A stretch of DNA of 53,434 nucleotides, filler included, from Jimgerdemannia flammicorona (taxonomy: Eukaryota): NCBI GenBank assembly GCA_003990765.1. It is 2 parts of 2 records of this genome, joined end to end, with 100 filler letters (N's around TTAATTAATTAA, not from the genome) between each part and the next. Parts side by side here need not be neighbours in the genome. Positions count along the whole stretch, not along the records: positions 1 to 26,673 come from RBNJ01000706.1; positions 26,774 to 53,434 come from RBNJ01000707.1. One strand, written 5' to 3'. Shown piece after piece: positions 23,488 through 36,904 of the stretch; within the stretch, counting starts at the first letter, position 1, and every line of letters begins with the position of its first letter. The notes beneath the pieces were generated by a model, which did not search any database, was not told the origin of the DNA, and worked only from the letters and a program-made list of their open reading frames with translations. The position numbers and the translations under genes are program-made.

Positions 23488-24440
23488 CAGATAGCATTGG
23501 AATCAGTGATGTAATCAAGAGTGGCGTAGTCACGTATAAGCCACATAAGCCACAAATTATCAAGATGCAAATAATAAGAATTTCAACACGCCATCATGTC
23601 TATTTCATCCCATTACTTTCCCATTGCCACCTCTCGCTAAACCCGGCGGGCGAGCAAGAACCACAGAGGGAGAGCCTCTTGCTCTACTTAATAGGAACGC
23701 GGAGACGGAATGTCTCCCGAAAACGACAATGGTCGGCTACCGGGGTGTCTGGTAGCAACGTTCATGTTGAACTCGCGCAAATGGTGTACGGCGGCCAGAT
23801 TATATGAAAGCTCCAAGGCCGGTTGGCCCTCTGGGTGTCGAAGATGTATATACACACATCAGAGAGCCCGAGCCCACAAATTTTATCGAGAGAACTCGCA
23901 CTCCCTATAATAAAAATCGGGGGGGCGGGGCGATATTACAAATGGTATATATAGGAGCCTGTTTCGGCAGGTAGGGATCCTTAAGTTTTGAGCAGTACAA
24001 TGCAGATGACGTTCTGCAACTGTAGGAGACGCGTTCTTTCTCATCCCCTGAACCATTGCGTTGGATAACCAATGCTCGCGCGCCAGCAACGCGTCTGAGA
24101 GTATGAAGGCGCTAGCTCTAAACGGACTTTCCGGCTCCTTCGAACAAGACCTGGCCCTCGGGAAGCGATCTTCGTCATAGATTTATATGAGGGCGCCAAA
24201 CTGGGAGCCATCGATCGGTTCAGAACGCACTTCCTAGTATATGTCACCCTACGAATCTGGACGCCATAATGGGAAGGCAAGACGTATTGTTTGTAAAATC
24301 GGCCTGCTCTCTCCTCAAATAGAGCACCAGAAATCGAATCGATTAAACTTTGCGTCAGCCCTCTCCATTGCTATATTTGGCAAATCGTCTTCTCTCTACG
24401 CACGGTTGGGGCCTTCTCTAATCCTTTCAAACAAAATTTG
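23488..24440 (-). pseudogene. Possible relic archaeo-eukaryotic primase (viral D5/PrimPol-like), 5' part
   Basis: Minus frame 23887-23660 reads IYIFDTQRANRPWSFHIIWP…VADHCRFRETFRLRVPIK, resembling AEP motif II (SFHII) and motif III (D-x3-Y/F-R-x4-LRV). Confidence 0.35.
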
Positions 24441-25551
24441 AAACCGGCCTTGCTTTTTTTTTTTTTTTGAGAAACTGATTCGATATCTCTTAGTCTCAGA
24501 AGTGGTCGTTTTAGGTGTGGGCGGAACAAGCCCATTCAGCCGCGCAAGCCAAAGACAATAACAAACTCCGGCGTATAATGAATCCACGCCAGCACTGCGC
24601 ATACGAATTCCGCCGAAGGATGTTGCATAGTTTTCGATCCATTTACTTCCTAGTAAATTACATATTGCAAATTTTGCTGCGGCAGGGTTCCGGGATAATA
24701 ATAAAAAATCTCAAATGTATATATATAAGTTTAGTACGAAAAATAAATACTCTGGCAAACCCATAACAGGATGGCCCATGCACAGTACTTCTCGATTTGA
24801 ACGCTTTTTTTGTGTGTCAACGCCTGATCGGACGGCCGATCCATCCATTGTTGACATGCCCCCATGTAACACGGATTTCGGTGAATCAATCCCAGAGGAA
24901 ACGGGGGTTTTCGACTCTAATGTAGTTGGGCGAGTGAGCTTTGCAGGCTCGTGCAGTTTTATAACGAGCTTACACCAATCCGACGGACGTCGAAAATCAA
25001 AAAAATGAAAATCAAAAAATAAAAGTCAATATTGTCGGGAGCCATGAAACGCATTGTATTCGATTTTGGATCATGAACATTGATGAAGCAGTATGTAATA
25101 GTGGAATTATAATTATGCATGACATATTTGGAAACCGGTTCTTCATAGTCTTTCGCTCGTCCCAAAAACGCTAGCCCCTATGTCCAAGATTAAAAAAAAA
25201 AAAAAAAAAAAAAAAAAATAACCCCTCAACCAAGTTGAATGTGGATGTGGTATGTATACAAAACATAATATGTATTTATAGATGAACGGAACATTTTTCA
25301 ATAGTGTCCGATAAATCGGACAAGAGACTTGTGCGCACGGGTCCCGCTTGGACCCATTTTCGAGCAAGACCATCCGGCCAATGGAAAGGTCTTTGTTTTC
25401 CCTCAGGTCTCAGGGACCATGCCACCTACCACGTGTTGAGTGCGGGCAAATATCAAAACACTGGGATCCAGCAAGTCCAGCCAGCCGGGAACAGTCCGGA
25501 CGTGTCAACAAACGGCCCAGAAACAATGGACCCAAATTTGTTGTAGTAACC

Positions 25552-26270
25552 ATATTCCTGTTTTGTGTTTGTTTTTGCTTGCACATATCATGCTCCACCT
25601 CCGATTCTACCTTAGTGCGGGTTCCGACCTATTATAAATCTATAAATCAGCAATTATTTGAAGTGACCTTTTCCTTGAAGCTGGCTTCCACCATCCGCTC
25701 CGACCACATGTCTGACCCTTGGGGTTCAGCAATGAGGTCCGGAATCGGTAGCCTGTTCCGCAGACTGTTGGGGTTCGGAATCGGCCAATTATATCAATAT
25801 TGGTCATTCCGATGGTATCCCGGTACGTTGGTATTATCCATAAAAGGTCCTCGATGTCACACGACGAATGTGATTGATCCAGGAACTCGCCGAGAGCGGC
25901 GCCCGATCTTACGTAATCTATCTGCGTAGCAACCAACTCTTAATACATGCCATCAACGCATTTCTTTTTGTTGGGAGGGGAAGGTTATTGTCCACGTAAC
26001 AACGAGCGCAAAGTAAACTAAAAGGTGTTTGCCCAGAGAGCTGTGCATCGTGCACATGGTGTAAATATTGTACCATTCACTGCAACGCGAGCATGACCAT
26101 CTCTGTCATTTTGCATCTGATTTAACTGCGAAACACATAGAATTGAATCCTTGTATGGTTTCTTCTATTGGTAGTCATTGCGCGTGATGGTCGGGTGTCA
26201 TAGCAAAATTTGCACCTTTTATTATGCAACGGCCTCACAAATTCGGTCACACACATGTGACCATTCGGGG
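25552..26270. repeat. Patchwork of short near-identical duplications from elsewhere in the contig
   Basis: 25552-25717 = revcomp of 5351-5516; 25718-25977 ~ 13908-14177 with a deletion; 25978-26073 ~ 14797-14895; 26175-26270 ~ revcomp of 13480-13585. Confidence 0.85.
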
Positions 26271-26673
26271 AACTGACGCGGGTTCTGAGGTCATAGAGCC
26301 ACATTAGTTTGCTCCAGGCGATGGGTGTTATACGCCTTTACTTGCAGGAGTGATTCAAGAAGTCAGACCTCAACTCTACCCTCCAATGACGCACGGCAGG
26401 TTGTGAACTATGGAAGGTAACCCCATGGGTGACAAAATGCCCCTTACCCAACTTGGCGTAGCACCAATAAGCACGATACATATATAAAGTTCCTTTTTCC
26501 TAGAAGCGGCTTTCGCTACATCTCGGCTACCGACCATATACCAGATAAACTCGAGCTTGAAAATGAGCACGAGCCTGCAAAACCTGGATCCACAAAGTAT
26601 GTAGGAATGAAGCGCATTATATTTTTATATTTGTCTGTCTAGTGTTCCAGCTAACAACCAGGTGTATAAATTT

Positions 26674-26773
26674 NNNNNNNNNNNNNNNNNNNNNNNNNNN
26701 NNNNNNNNNNNNNNNNNTTAATTAATTAANNNNNNNNNNNNNNNNNNNNNNNNNNNNNNNNNNNNNNNNNNNN
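26674..26773. other. Artificial contig-joining linker
   Basis: 44 N + TTAATTAATTAA (stops in all six frames) + 44 N = exactly 100 nt. Confidence 0.95.
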
Positions 26774-27082
26774 ATTATAATATAAAATATATTTATTTAG
26801 AGTATTTTTATTTAAATAATTAAAATATAAAATTTAATAAAACATTGGTTCAGTTTTGGAATATACTGTAAAGTTAGAAAATGTTTTTTTTTTTTATAGG
26901 CAAATTTGCCTATATTATAGCTTAAGGGTTAAGAACTTTTAAATGATACCAAGATCATCAAAATTAGATATAAATATTTAATTATCTAATTTGGAAATCA
27001 TAACAATGGTTGATTCAAATTAATCCAGATGAGAATCCAATCTGAATCCAATTCAGATTAAATTGACTCATTTAGAGCACTA
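26774..27082. mobile_element. AT-rich decayed terminus of a DNA transposon/MITE (ends GAGCACTA)
   Basis: Reverse complement (tagtgctctaaatgagtc…ggattcagatt…gaatcaac) resembles 53088-53162 (tagtgctccgaacgaatg…gattcagatt…gaatcaac). Confidence 0.4.
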
Positions 27083-27571
27083 CTGTTTCATTTCATTTTA
27101 ATATAAGTATATTAATTTAGATTGCATTTGGGTAAGTATGTTTTTTTTTTAGTGAGAGTGCATTTGTTTTTAGTAAAAGTGTGTTTGCTTTGAATATAGG
27201 TAGAAATTCTTTACGTTATCCAATCAGGACAGGTGAAACGTCATCAAATTTCTACGTCACCTATACGTGTCATCTATCCAGGGGCAGGTGATCAATTTGC
27301 CTCCAAATATAGGAGCATTATAATACGGGCAAAGAGATATAATAAAAAATACCTCTGATTACTTACTACTTTATAAAATTTTATGTAAGGATAGTCTTAT
27401 ACAGTATTTTTTGGATGCTTGCTGTTTATTGTGCCCATACAAGAGGGAAAGAGGCAAACATCAAAGTTATTGCCAGTTTGTCGCCGAGAAAAACCAGTCA
27501 CAACCAACTCGATTTAATAATATCAGATTTTTGGCAAGTTGTTCTTTCTCTTTCAAACACACAAACAAATC

Positions 27572-28901
27572 ATGAGCAAGGTCCGCGGTATGTTGACAAC
27601 ACAGTGGACTGGAATGCTAATGGTGATGGGTGGATGGATGGGTAGATGGATGAAGATACTATGTCGGATGGATGGAGGGAGGGATGGATGTTGCATATTA
27701 TGCAGGACCGTCCGGAATGGGAACGACTCTCCAGCTCGGCTTCGCCAACGTCCTTGTGACTCCCGAACCAATACTCCACGTACGATCTATGGCTGTTTAC
27801 GGTGTCTTGACGAGCGCTGAAGGTCGCTTTCCATTCTCCCCCCGCTCCTCAATCTACCCCACTCCTCAAACTCTACCCCCGCTCTTCAAACTCTACCCCC
27901 GCTCCTCAAACTCTACCCTTGATTTCTTGTCAATTGCGATACGATAGTACTGCTGGATAATTGGGAATAGCGGCGGGAGCATACATCTGAAATCCAGGAT
28001 CGTGGAAGTCCTGTCTAACCACTTACTATGCTATGCATGCACTTTTGCGACCCTCCCATTTGGACACAACGTGTCTCTGGCAGCTGCATCAGCCACCAAG
28101 CCCGCAGCCGACAAGTCTAAGGCTAAGGCTAAGCCTAAGGCTCTCTCCGCCAAGAAGGCCGTCTTGAAGGGCACCCATGGCAAGGCCAATCGCAAGCGCC
28201 GTACAACGACAACCTTTCGCCGCCCCAAGACACTGCGACTTTCCCGTGAGCCCAAGTATGCCCGCAAGTCTATCCCCCACGCTCCTCGCATGGACCAATA
28301 CCGCATCCTGCGCCAGCCCCTGAATACCGAAACTGCCATGAAGAAAATCGAGGAAAACAACACCCTCGTTTTCCTGGTTGACGTTAAGGCTAACAAGAGG
28401 CAGATTAAGGATGCCGTCAAGAGGCTGTACGACGTCGATTCTGCCAAGATCAACACTCTCATCAGGTAGATAGCATCGTATGTCTTTGTCTCATAGCAAG
28501 GGGGAAATTCCAGGTTTTGGGGCTAGGATTTAAGAATGGAATTATAACGAAGATGATTGAAAGGTTGGTGGTATAGGGGGGAAGGGATTAGAGACTTCAG
28601 ACTGTTAATGGGATTTTTGGTAGAAAATCGGAGGGGTAGAAGGAGATACATAGGACGAAGCTCAGGATACTGTGACTCGCAAAAGTCATTGACACCATTC
28701 AATTCTACATCTCAAATAGGCCCGATGGCACCAAGAAGGCCTATGTGCGCCTCACCTCTGATGTTGATGCTCTGGATGTTGCTAATAAGGTACCATTGAT
28801 TTTTTTATTTAGACCTGTGCGAGAGGGGGAAGGGATCCTCGGACACGCGTGCTAATACAACAATTTTTTTTTTCCTTTGTTATCAGATCGGCTTCATCTA
28901 A
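27572..28901 (+). CDS. RPL25: 60S ribosomal protein L25/L23a (uL23)
   Basis: [65 protein letters not shown]. Exons 27572-27587 (tentative), 28084-28465, 28720-28789, 28887-28901. Confidence 0.95.
27838..27918. repeat. ~20-bp tandem repeat x4 in RPL25 intron 1
   Basis: CCCCCGCTCCTCAAACTCTA-like units. Confidence 0.8.
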
Positions 28902-29112
28902 AGGATGTCATCTAAAGGATTTGGCCATTGTTTGTCGTTTACGCTGTCAATAAAAAAACTTTTTTGCATTCCGGATGTACATCAAGGGTTTTTTCCCACT
29001 AAAAATTGTGACTGTGCGGGTGACGTAAGTCATTTTGGTCGCCTTTTCGGGTAATAACAACAATCATCTCTTTCCTCGCGCGTCGACTTACATCTGCAAC
29101 TACAAGGAAACC

Positions 29113-32100
29113 ATGGCCGACGATTTATCTCACGAAACTTCAATACGCGTGACAGGTACACCCAAACCTCTTTTCATGGTATCGCCGAAAACGCACTTTA
29201 GCCATCTGCTTTAACAGTACCCTCCATCCGTCTGTTTATACCATCTCCAGTTCGCGTACGCCCTTTCAACTCTACCGAGTTGGAGTTGTTCCAAAATGGC
29301 TTCTCGGCTCCGCGGCCAGCCTACGCATCACAAGTGACAGCAAACCAAGCTATCCGAAAGATAGTACACGTGCTCGATGATAATGTCGTCGTCTTCGACC
29401 CTCCTCCTTCCAACGACGATGGAAATGTGGCAATGAACAGATACCGGAGAGCCTTGATGGACAATACGAACGTCCCTGTTCAAGCATATCGGAGATATAA
29501 GGATGTCAAATACGCCTTTGACCGTGTATTCAACGAGGACGCGACACAAATGGACGTATGTTATTGATCTTCACTCCTCGATCCCGTAAAACAAGTCCGC
29601 GGGTACGAAGACGTTTATTGTTACTCAATCTATATCATGCTTCTTTTATTCACACACAATTACTGAAGGTTTACGAAAGAACAACCAGGGATTTGATTGC
29701 GGGGATCCTGAACGGATATAATGCCACGGTGTTCGCATATGGCGTGAGTTGCTATTTTAAGATCCCTGTATTATATATATATATATATATTTATTATTTA
29801 GAGTTACTCATTTATGCGGCCTTTTCGTGGAACAATAATAGGCCACAGGTTGCGGCAAGACTCATACAATTAGGTAGAAACTGAATTGCACATGCATGTT
29901 GAACTATCAGGGGGCACTGTAATCCAATGATTATCCTCCAAGGATGAAAAGCATCATCTACTAACAATATTTTACGTCATACCTTTTCGCAGTGGGACAG
30001 TCGATGACCCTGGCATTATTTTCCTCACAGTCCGCGAGCTGTTTGATCGCATTGAGGTGCTCCAGGAGGATAAGACAATTCAATTCTCGCTGAGCTATCT
30101 CGAAGTGTACAACGAAATGATTCGTGACTTACTCGTAGACAAGGACAAGGGCTTAAAGCAGCTCGCTATTAGGGAGGATGTTAATAACCGGATTGTAGTA
30201 GCCAGTTTGAGCGAGCACCATCCCAAGACGGTAAGTCATGGTGATAATTAGTGATGAGACTTGGAACGGCAATTTGGCGGGTTGGTTGTGAAATCAATCT
30301 GATCCATGCTATTTATTTCCCTTTCCACAGGTGGATGAGGTCATGAACCTTATCCTTCGCGGCAATGCTAATCGCACCATGTCCCCCACGGAAGCCAACG
30401 CGGTTTCTTCACGATCACATGCTGTGCTCCAAATAAACGTACGCCAAAGGCCAAGGACGGCGGACATCCATACGGATTACACTTTGGCGACGCTGAGCTT
30501 AATCGATTTGGCGGGTAGTGAGAGGGCAGCAGCGACGAAAAATAGAGGAGATCGGATGCTGGAAGGTAAAAAATGGAAGTCTTGTCGATTTCTTGCGACA
30601 TGATTAATTGATGGCTGACTGAATTTCTTCCATGCCATTTTAAAGGTGCCAATATCAACCGATCTCTTTTGGCTCTGGGAAATTGTATAAACGCTCTTTG
30701 CGATATTTCAAAAAAGGAGCAGCACATTCCCTACCGCGACAGCAAGCTCACGCGCCTCCTGAAATTCTCTCTTGGCGGTAACTGCAAAACCGTTATGATC
30801 GTTTGTGTCAGTCCATCGAGCCTTCATTATGAGGAGACCCACAACACACTCAAGTATGCCAATCGTGCGAAGAACATCAAAACCAAGGTTCAGCGCAATC
30901 TGCTCAGTGTGGATCGCCATGTGACCCAGTACGTGCAAGCCATCCACCAGTTGCGACAGGAAATCACCGACCTTAAAAGTAAAATTAGCGATATGGAAGA
31001 AAATGGATACCAGACAAAGGGTGACCAAGGAAAGCGGGAAGCTGCGTCGAAGTCGGCAGAAGAGGCAATTAAGAAAATGAGAGCGTCGTACGAAATTACA
31101 ACAGCCAAAGATGTTGAAGTAGCACAGGCCCAGGCGCGCATGACCATGATACAGATGAAGCTCGATGCGCTACGTGGATGGCAGGAATCGTTTGACGGAA
31201 ATGTTGCCAAGCTCGTAGATGAACGCATGCGACAGCAGACGCACGGATATAAAAGCATGGTGGATAATCTCATTAGGGAATTGGAGGCGCAGACACAAGC
31301 CATGTGGGAGAAAATGGAGAATGCAAAAAAAATTGCCGGTTCGAGGAAAATCGATATCAGTGGCGCCGCAAGGGATAATGAGCTGGTGAAGAAGGAAAAA
31401 GAGATACTGGAACTTAGGAGCGAAAATGCGAGGTTGAAAAGTGAGATGGGCGTGCAGACAAGAGTGGTGGAGGAACAATGGGAGTTAATGAAAGGTTTCT
31501 TGCGGCTGAACGGTGCGTGTTTAGCTGGGTTGAGGAACACCATCGCCGACGTCGAAGCAATGCACATCGAGCAGATGGAGGAAGGCGGGCAATGCACTGA
31601 TTATCTAAATAGTCTTTACATGCAAAACATCACGTTGTTTACGGATTCGACAAAGCGGAGCATTGTGGCATTCGATGACAACGTCGGCCCTGGTGGTGGT
31701 GGGCATCTGCTCTTCGGCAAGCTTGCGAACGGGTTCAGAACCAATGAAGGACGCGGCATTGCACCTTTCAGTCGCAGTGCTTCAACGTCTGCAAAGCCAA
31801 ACCGGATAATGAAGGATGCAGACTCTAATCAGTCCAACATCGAGAATACACGACCCAAACGCCGTGTATCAATGGCGCCAACGACTACTACAAGACCTGC
31901 TGGTGTTTCCGATCCTCCAAGGCGACGTTCGCTCTATCAACCTAATCCATCCACCCGCCTTCAAAATGTCGATCCTAATGGCCACTCGCCGCCTTCAAGG
32001 CATTTCCGGATTAGAACACCAAGAAAAACGATTTTACTCGTGTCACGGCTATCGAAGCCTACGAAATCATCAATGTTGAAAACCGTGAAGGAGGAACCAG

Positions 32101-33035
32101 AGGACAAAGCCGTTGAGGAGATGGATAGTGTTGTCATCCCCAGCGTACCGAGGAAAAGGTTCATGACGGATGCTGCGGATCTTGGAGTGAATCGAAGTGC
32201 GATGGTGCTGCGAAGTAGGGCAGGTCCGGACATTAGCGTCAGCGAAAACTATGACAGTGATAGTCGGAATCTGGAGCTTGAAGATCGGCCAACTCGACCT
32301 AAAAGGAGTCGGCGAGCAGTGACATTTGCTGACGAGCCTGTGATCTTTGGCGAAGCCGTTGAATGTGCTGCAACCAGCGGAATAAGTAACAGTGGTAGAA
32401 GAGGTGGCTTAAAAAAAGTGAAAGAGGAGATCTCACCTTCATTATCGTCGTGTGTGGAAAATCCGCCTGTCCTTTCTGCCACCCCTCCGGAAGACTCTTC
32501 AGCAGGTTCTGACATGCCTCCTGCCGCAAGCCGTGATCGTAGCGGCATCTCCGCCGTAGGGCCAATTCGCATTTCTGGTGGGCGCCGAATGAGCAGGCGT
32601 CACTCTCTGATACCCCCCCCACCTCCCGATGGTGGCCATCGGTCTCCACGACGGGTACCGTCTACAAAATTGATAAATGATGAAGACGTCTCACCTAGCA
32701 AACATAACACGAACTCCCCATCGTTGGCGGAAGAGTCTTTCCGCCGACGAGAACCGAGCGCTCGACCAAGGAGACAAACCATAGGGGCAGAGGATATCAT
32801 CCGAAAGGGATTGAAATCCTTTGGCGGTTGGGATAGTCAGAGGAGTTTTGGGGGGCTCGGACCTGCGACAAGGTCGAAGAAGATCGAGGGCTCTGGGTTG
32901 AAAATAACCAAGGTTCCTGATTTGGTAGGCGGATTGCTTGGAGAGAATCTGCTTGGAGGGAAAACCAACCTTGACGGGATAGATGGGTCCATTGGTGCAG
33001 GCGGTAAGGAAAATAGTAAACCAAAATGGAAATAA
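29113..33035 (+). CDS. KIP3: Kinesin-8 family motor (Kip3/Klp5/KIF18-like), multi-exon
   Basis: [110 protein letters not shown], followed by coiled coil and a disordered tail. Confidence 0.93.
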
Positions 33036-33694
33036 CGTTGGAATGGGGAAATGAAAATTATAGGCGAAGCTAGCATTTGTATAGCCGGCGAATTTCGTAG
33101 AAGTTTCCTGTTTCTTCTTTAGCTTGTACTTTATTTCTTTTTGGAAGATCAAAGGTTGGAGCGGGGAGGATTTGGAGAAAGAGGAAAGAGCATATTAATT
33201 GTCGATATTTATTGCAGAGGATGACAGACATTGCGACATGTGGCTGAATGATTTTTTGTTTCTCTCCAAATTGGTTATTCTGTTCACTATTTTGTGATTT
33301 CCCCTTTCATTATTTCCTTTTGTCACAAATATAATGTCCTGGCGAGGTCACGCTATCCAAAAGACATTGTTGAAAATAGTATTCGAAGCGAAGGACGTCG
33401 GGGCCAACTTGAGTTGGCTTGAAAAAAAAAACTATACAAGCGACCAGATTCCTTCAAAGCCCGGTATCCCTGATTTTGGTATGCTAAGGCTTGGTCCATA
33501 ACACTAGAGAAACGATAAATACCACTCTGCATGTCAAACCTTTATGACGACAATGTCTGTTCGAGCTTGGAAGAAAAAAAAATAATAAAAATGCTGCATA
33601 GCCAATATATTGTGTGCATACAGAGGCCAATGAAATCGCAAACGTAGACTGCTAAATCTTGGTGAGATACTCTTAATCGTTTTGACGATCCGGA

Positions 33695-35125
33695 TTATTG
33701 CCTTGCTTTGGGTTCATTGTCGATGGTTGTGATCCCAATCAGCTGTCTCGCCAGCTGCTCATCCTGGACCGTCAACTCCAGTGCATTAAGGTACATTTCG
33801 AGCGAGACAACCGGAGCCTGCGACAAGTCGAGTCAAAGCTATGCCATTATTTCAAATGTTATATCTACTATGAATACCAAGACGCAGATGGTAATCGCAT
33901 ACCTGAAGATGGGATGAATGTGCTAGGAATGGCAATTTTCGCATGCTGCGCCCACTCATACCCTAGAAACAGCGTTGTGATTGAATCTGGTCCAGCATAC
34001 CAATAACGAGCCAAGATATCCGTGCCCTACACCTTCGCGAGGTAAAACTTACCACACAACTTTTCGCTATCGCAAATAACCTGCGACTAGGACTAGCATG
34101 TTCCTCGGGGTTGTGTTGAAAAAGTTCAATGGTACGCCAGTCTACCAGCTGATCGTGACATAGAGATTGGATACATTGATGGGATAAAGATTTAGTTGAT
34201 CCACTTTGCTAGAATAAAATATGCACTATCATGTTTACCCATACAACGCACTTCAGCTGCGCCCACTATCCCAACCCGTATCAACTCTTTCAAGCACGTG
34301 GCTAGAATCGAGTAGATCGCCTTCTGAGAGGGCAGCGCAATATATTGCTTAATATCGGCGCGGTCGATGAATGCCAAATCTTCAATGCGCCAGACAATGG
34401 TTAGCACGAGGCAATGAGTGTACGTTAGGGTGCCAAATCACATGCCAGGTAAATGCAATTCGTATTATCAACTGTCGCTTTCCATTATTACCGATGGCCT
34501 CGGTGATATTAGATGTCGCCAAGATAAGGACGTTCTTTTTGCTTTTAAGTTTGTCTATTTGGGTAAGAAGAGCATTTACCACCTTTTTTTTTTTTTTTTT
34601 TTTTTTTTTAAGGAACATTGAGAAGACATATGTTAAACTAAGTACTCTGAGCAGGTTGCGAATATGATTCTTTACGTCCACATCCGCACGCGGAATATAC
34701 AGTTGCCATCCCTTACGTGCGATGGAATGAACATACCCGAACTGCATCGGAAGGTTCCGTGCCTGCCAATGCCGCCTTTCTGGCTGCTGTAAGACTTTCG
34801 ACTTCATCTAAAGTTGGCATGTATATGCATATAGTTTATGGTGTAAATCGTGAGGTGAGTGAAAGATTGACGTGCACCAAAGAAATAAGTAATAAAACAT
34901 ACGTGCGTACTTACCGATCAATACACATACGAAAGCATCTTCATCAGCAACCAGCTCCGAGATTTGTTGGAACATGCGCATGACAAGTTTGCCGGACTCG
35001 CTGAACCACTTGGAGAATAGACTGTGACTGTTGATCTCGACGAGCTTGCCGTGTGAATACCTGATGTGAATAATGATAGCGGCATCAAATTTGGGCGTAA
35101 GCACCGCGATTAATAATGACATCGG

Positions 35126-35167
<42 letters not shown>

Positions 35168-36371
35168 TAAAATAAAATAAACCAATAATAAACAAAATAT
35201 AAAGAGACAAATAGTGCTAGTAGGTGTAATATCACTCACCGATCCGCCAACCGGATTGCCAATTTTTGGGCTAACGCGCGGGATAAGGAGGTTTTGCCAG
35301 TTCCAGGTGGACCGTGCAGTAATGCCACCCTTCGATTGCGCGAAGAGGTGGAAAAACAAAAAAAAAAATGAATCTCCTCACGACAGCAATACCTCAACCT
35401 GTCGCATACCCCTTAAATCTGCTCGTTGACAGGGTAACCAATGAACGGATCCAGGAAGCGTTACCTATTCCAACTGATTATATTGGAGTCCACGTTCCTG
35501 TCGGAAAAAAGCATGGCGGTGTAGACATAGTCTAGGAGACGCGTCTTGATATTTTCATCAAATATGAGGCTGCGAACAATTGCCAGGGAGAATGTGACGT
35601 CATAGGAAATGAGTCTGTGGGTTAGAAGTATCTATTACTGAGACAAATGTTCTGTGAATTGATTCTATGGGCAACACTAGATATACAATATTTCCATTAG
35701 TTTCAATGTATTATTATTCTAATCTTCGGATTGAATTACTGTTCTCATTCAGGTTTCATATCATCTCTCAGCAACTCAAAGCGTACCTATCCCACACTCC
35801 ATTCAGACCTCTGGATGGCAGTATCCAATGATTGGCAGTTGACACCTCGGCATCCTCTTCCCCAAACTCATCCACTCCGTCTTCTTCGTTTAGCTGGTAG
35901 ACGTGAATCTGCAGCGTGACAGTAGCGAGGGAAACGATGTCTAAGGAAATTCCTAGTGACACATGAAGATGCACCAGGATAGCGAGCAAAAAAAAACATT
36001 TTGTCAGCGTGAGCGTGGTTTAAATGATCACTGGACCAATAAAACTTAACGGAAGAATACCTCGGGCCTCACATATCTTGATGAATTCAACGTTCTCCCG
36101 CAGGAAAGGCGAATGATCGTAATCCTTGATCTCCGTGTGCAAGAAAACCTCGGTTGACGTATCGTGCAAGTACTTTTCTACGTTACGGCGAACCACGTCA
36201 TAGCGGCATGTCGATTTGGGAAGCAGACAACATTCGACTGCGACATAAGCGAGCACTATAATGAGCTCGATGGAATTGTGTTGGGGGGTGGGTGAGGCGG
36301 AAATAGAGAGACGAGGGCATACCGTGTAACACGGGGTTATGGTTGTTGGAGTCGGCCATGTGGGAGTCCAT
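33695..36371 (-). CDS. PCH2: Pachytene checkpoint AAA+ ATPase Pch2/TRIP13, multi-exon
   Basis: [86 protein letters not shown]. Confidence 0.93.
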
Positions 36372-36441
36372 GACAAAGAAGGCAAAGGAATGGGTTCGGA
36401 GGCTTAGCAAGAGGCAGAGCACGCGCGGGGTCACACCATGA

Positions 36442-36503
36442 CGCGAAATGACGTCACGAACATCCGGGCGCGTGGCCACGGGCTCAGGCCTCGAAAAACG
36501 CGT
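36442..36503. promoter_or_regulatory. Cluster of SCB/E2F-like (CGCGAAA), CRE (TGACGTCA) and MCB (ACGCGT) motifs in the divergent PCH2/LITAF promoter
   Basis: CGCGAAA 36442-36448, TGACGTCA 36449-36456, ACGCGT 36498-36503. Confidence 0.45.
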
Positions 36504-36841
36504 TGGCATATGAAAACGCAATCATATGAGGCGAAGTTTATTAAAAAGTACCTTATGGCCTATCTGGATTGGTACCCTTTTGAAAAATTTCATCCCATAT
36601 CACATCGCCCGCACGTGTGAGCCAGCTGCAGCAGCCCTGAGGCCCTGCCTGGTCATGTTTGCACATACATCGATGGCCGGACCTATGCTTGACGTAGTTT
36701 ACATGGTATACTGCCATCCAGCTGATTACTCGCTCGCTGGCCTGTTAGCCTGACCCCCCAACATGGCATTTATTTATTTATCTTTCCCTCTTCCAAGTCT
36801 CCAGCTGCAACCGTTGCCAATCATCGCATAGCCATCCCTCA

Positions 36842-36903
36842 ATTTCCTACCATCGATTTCCTACCATTGATTTCCTACCATCGATTTCCTACCATCGATT
36901 TCC
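36842..36903. repeat. 14-bp tandem repeat x4 abutting the LITAF start codon
   Basis: ATTTCCTACCATCG units. Confidence 0.9.
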
Positions 36904-36904
36904 G

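Noticed and set aside
15760..25548. CACTA-like termini (ttgtagtg at ~15772, ttgttgtagt at ~25538)
   Set aside because: Both have the same orientation, with no partner TIR, TSD or transposase.
26640..27082. Single TIR element spanning the N gap (TAGTGTTC…GAGCACTA)
   Set aside because: Flanks give no matching TSD and the gap is an artificial linker.
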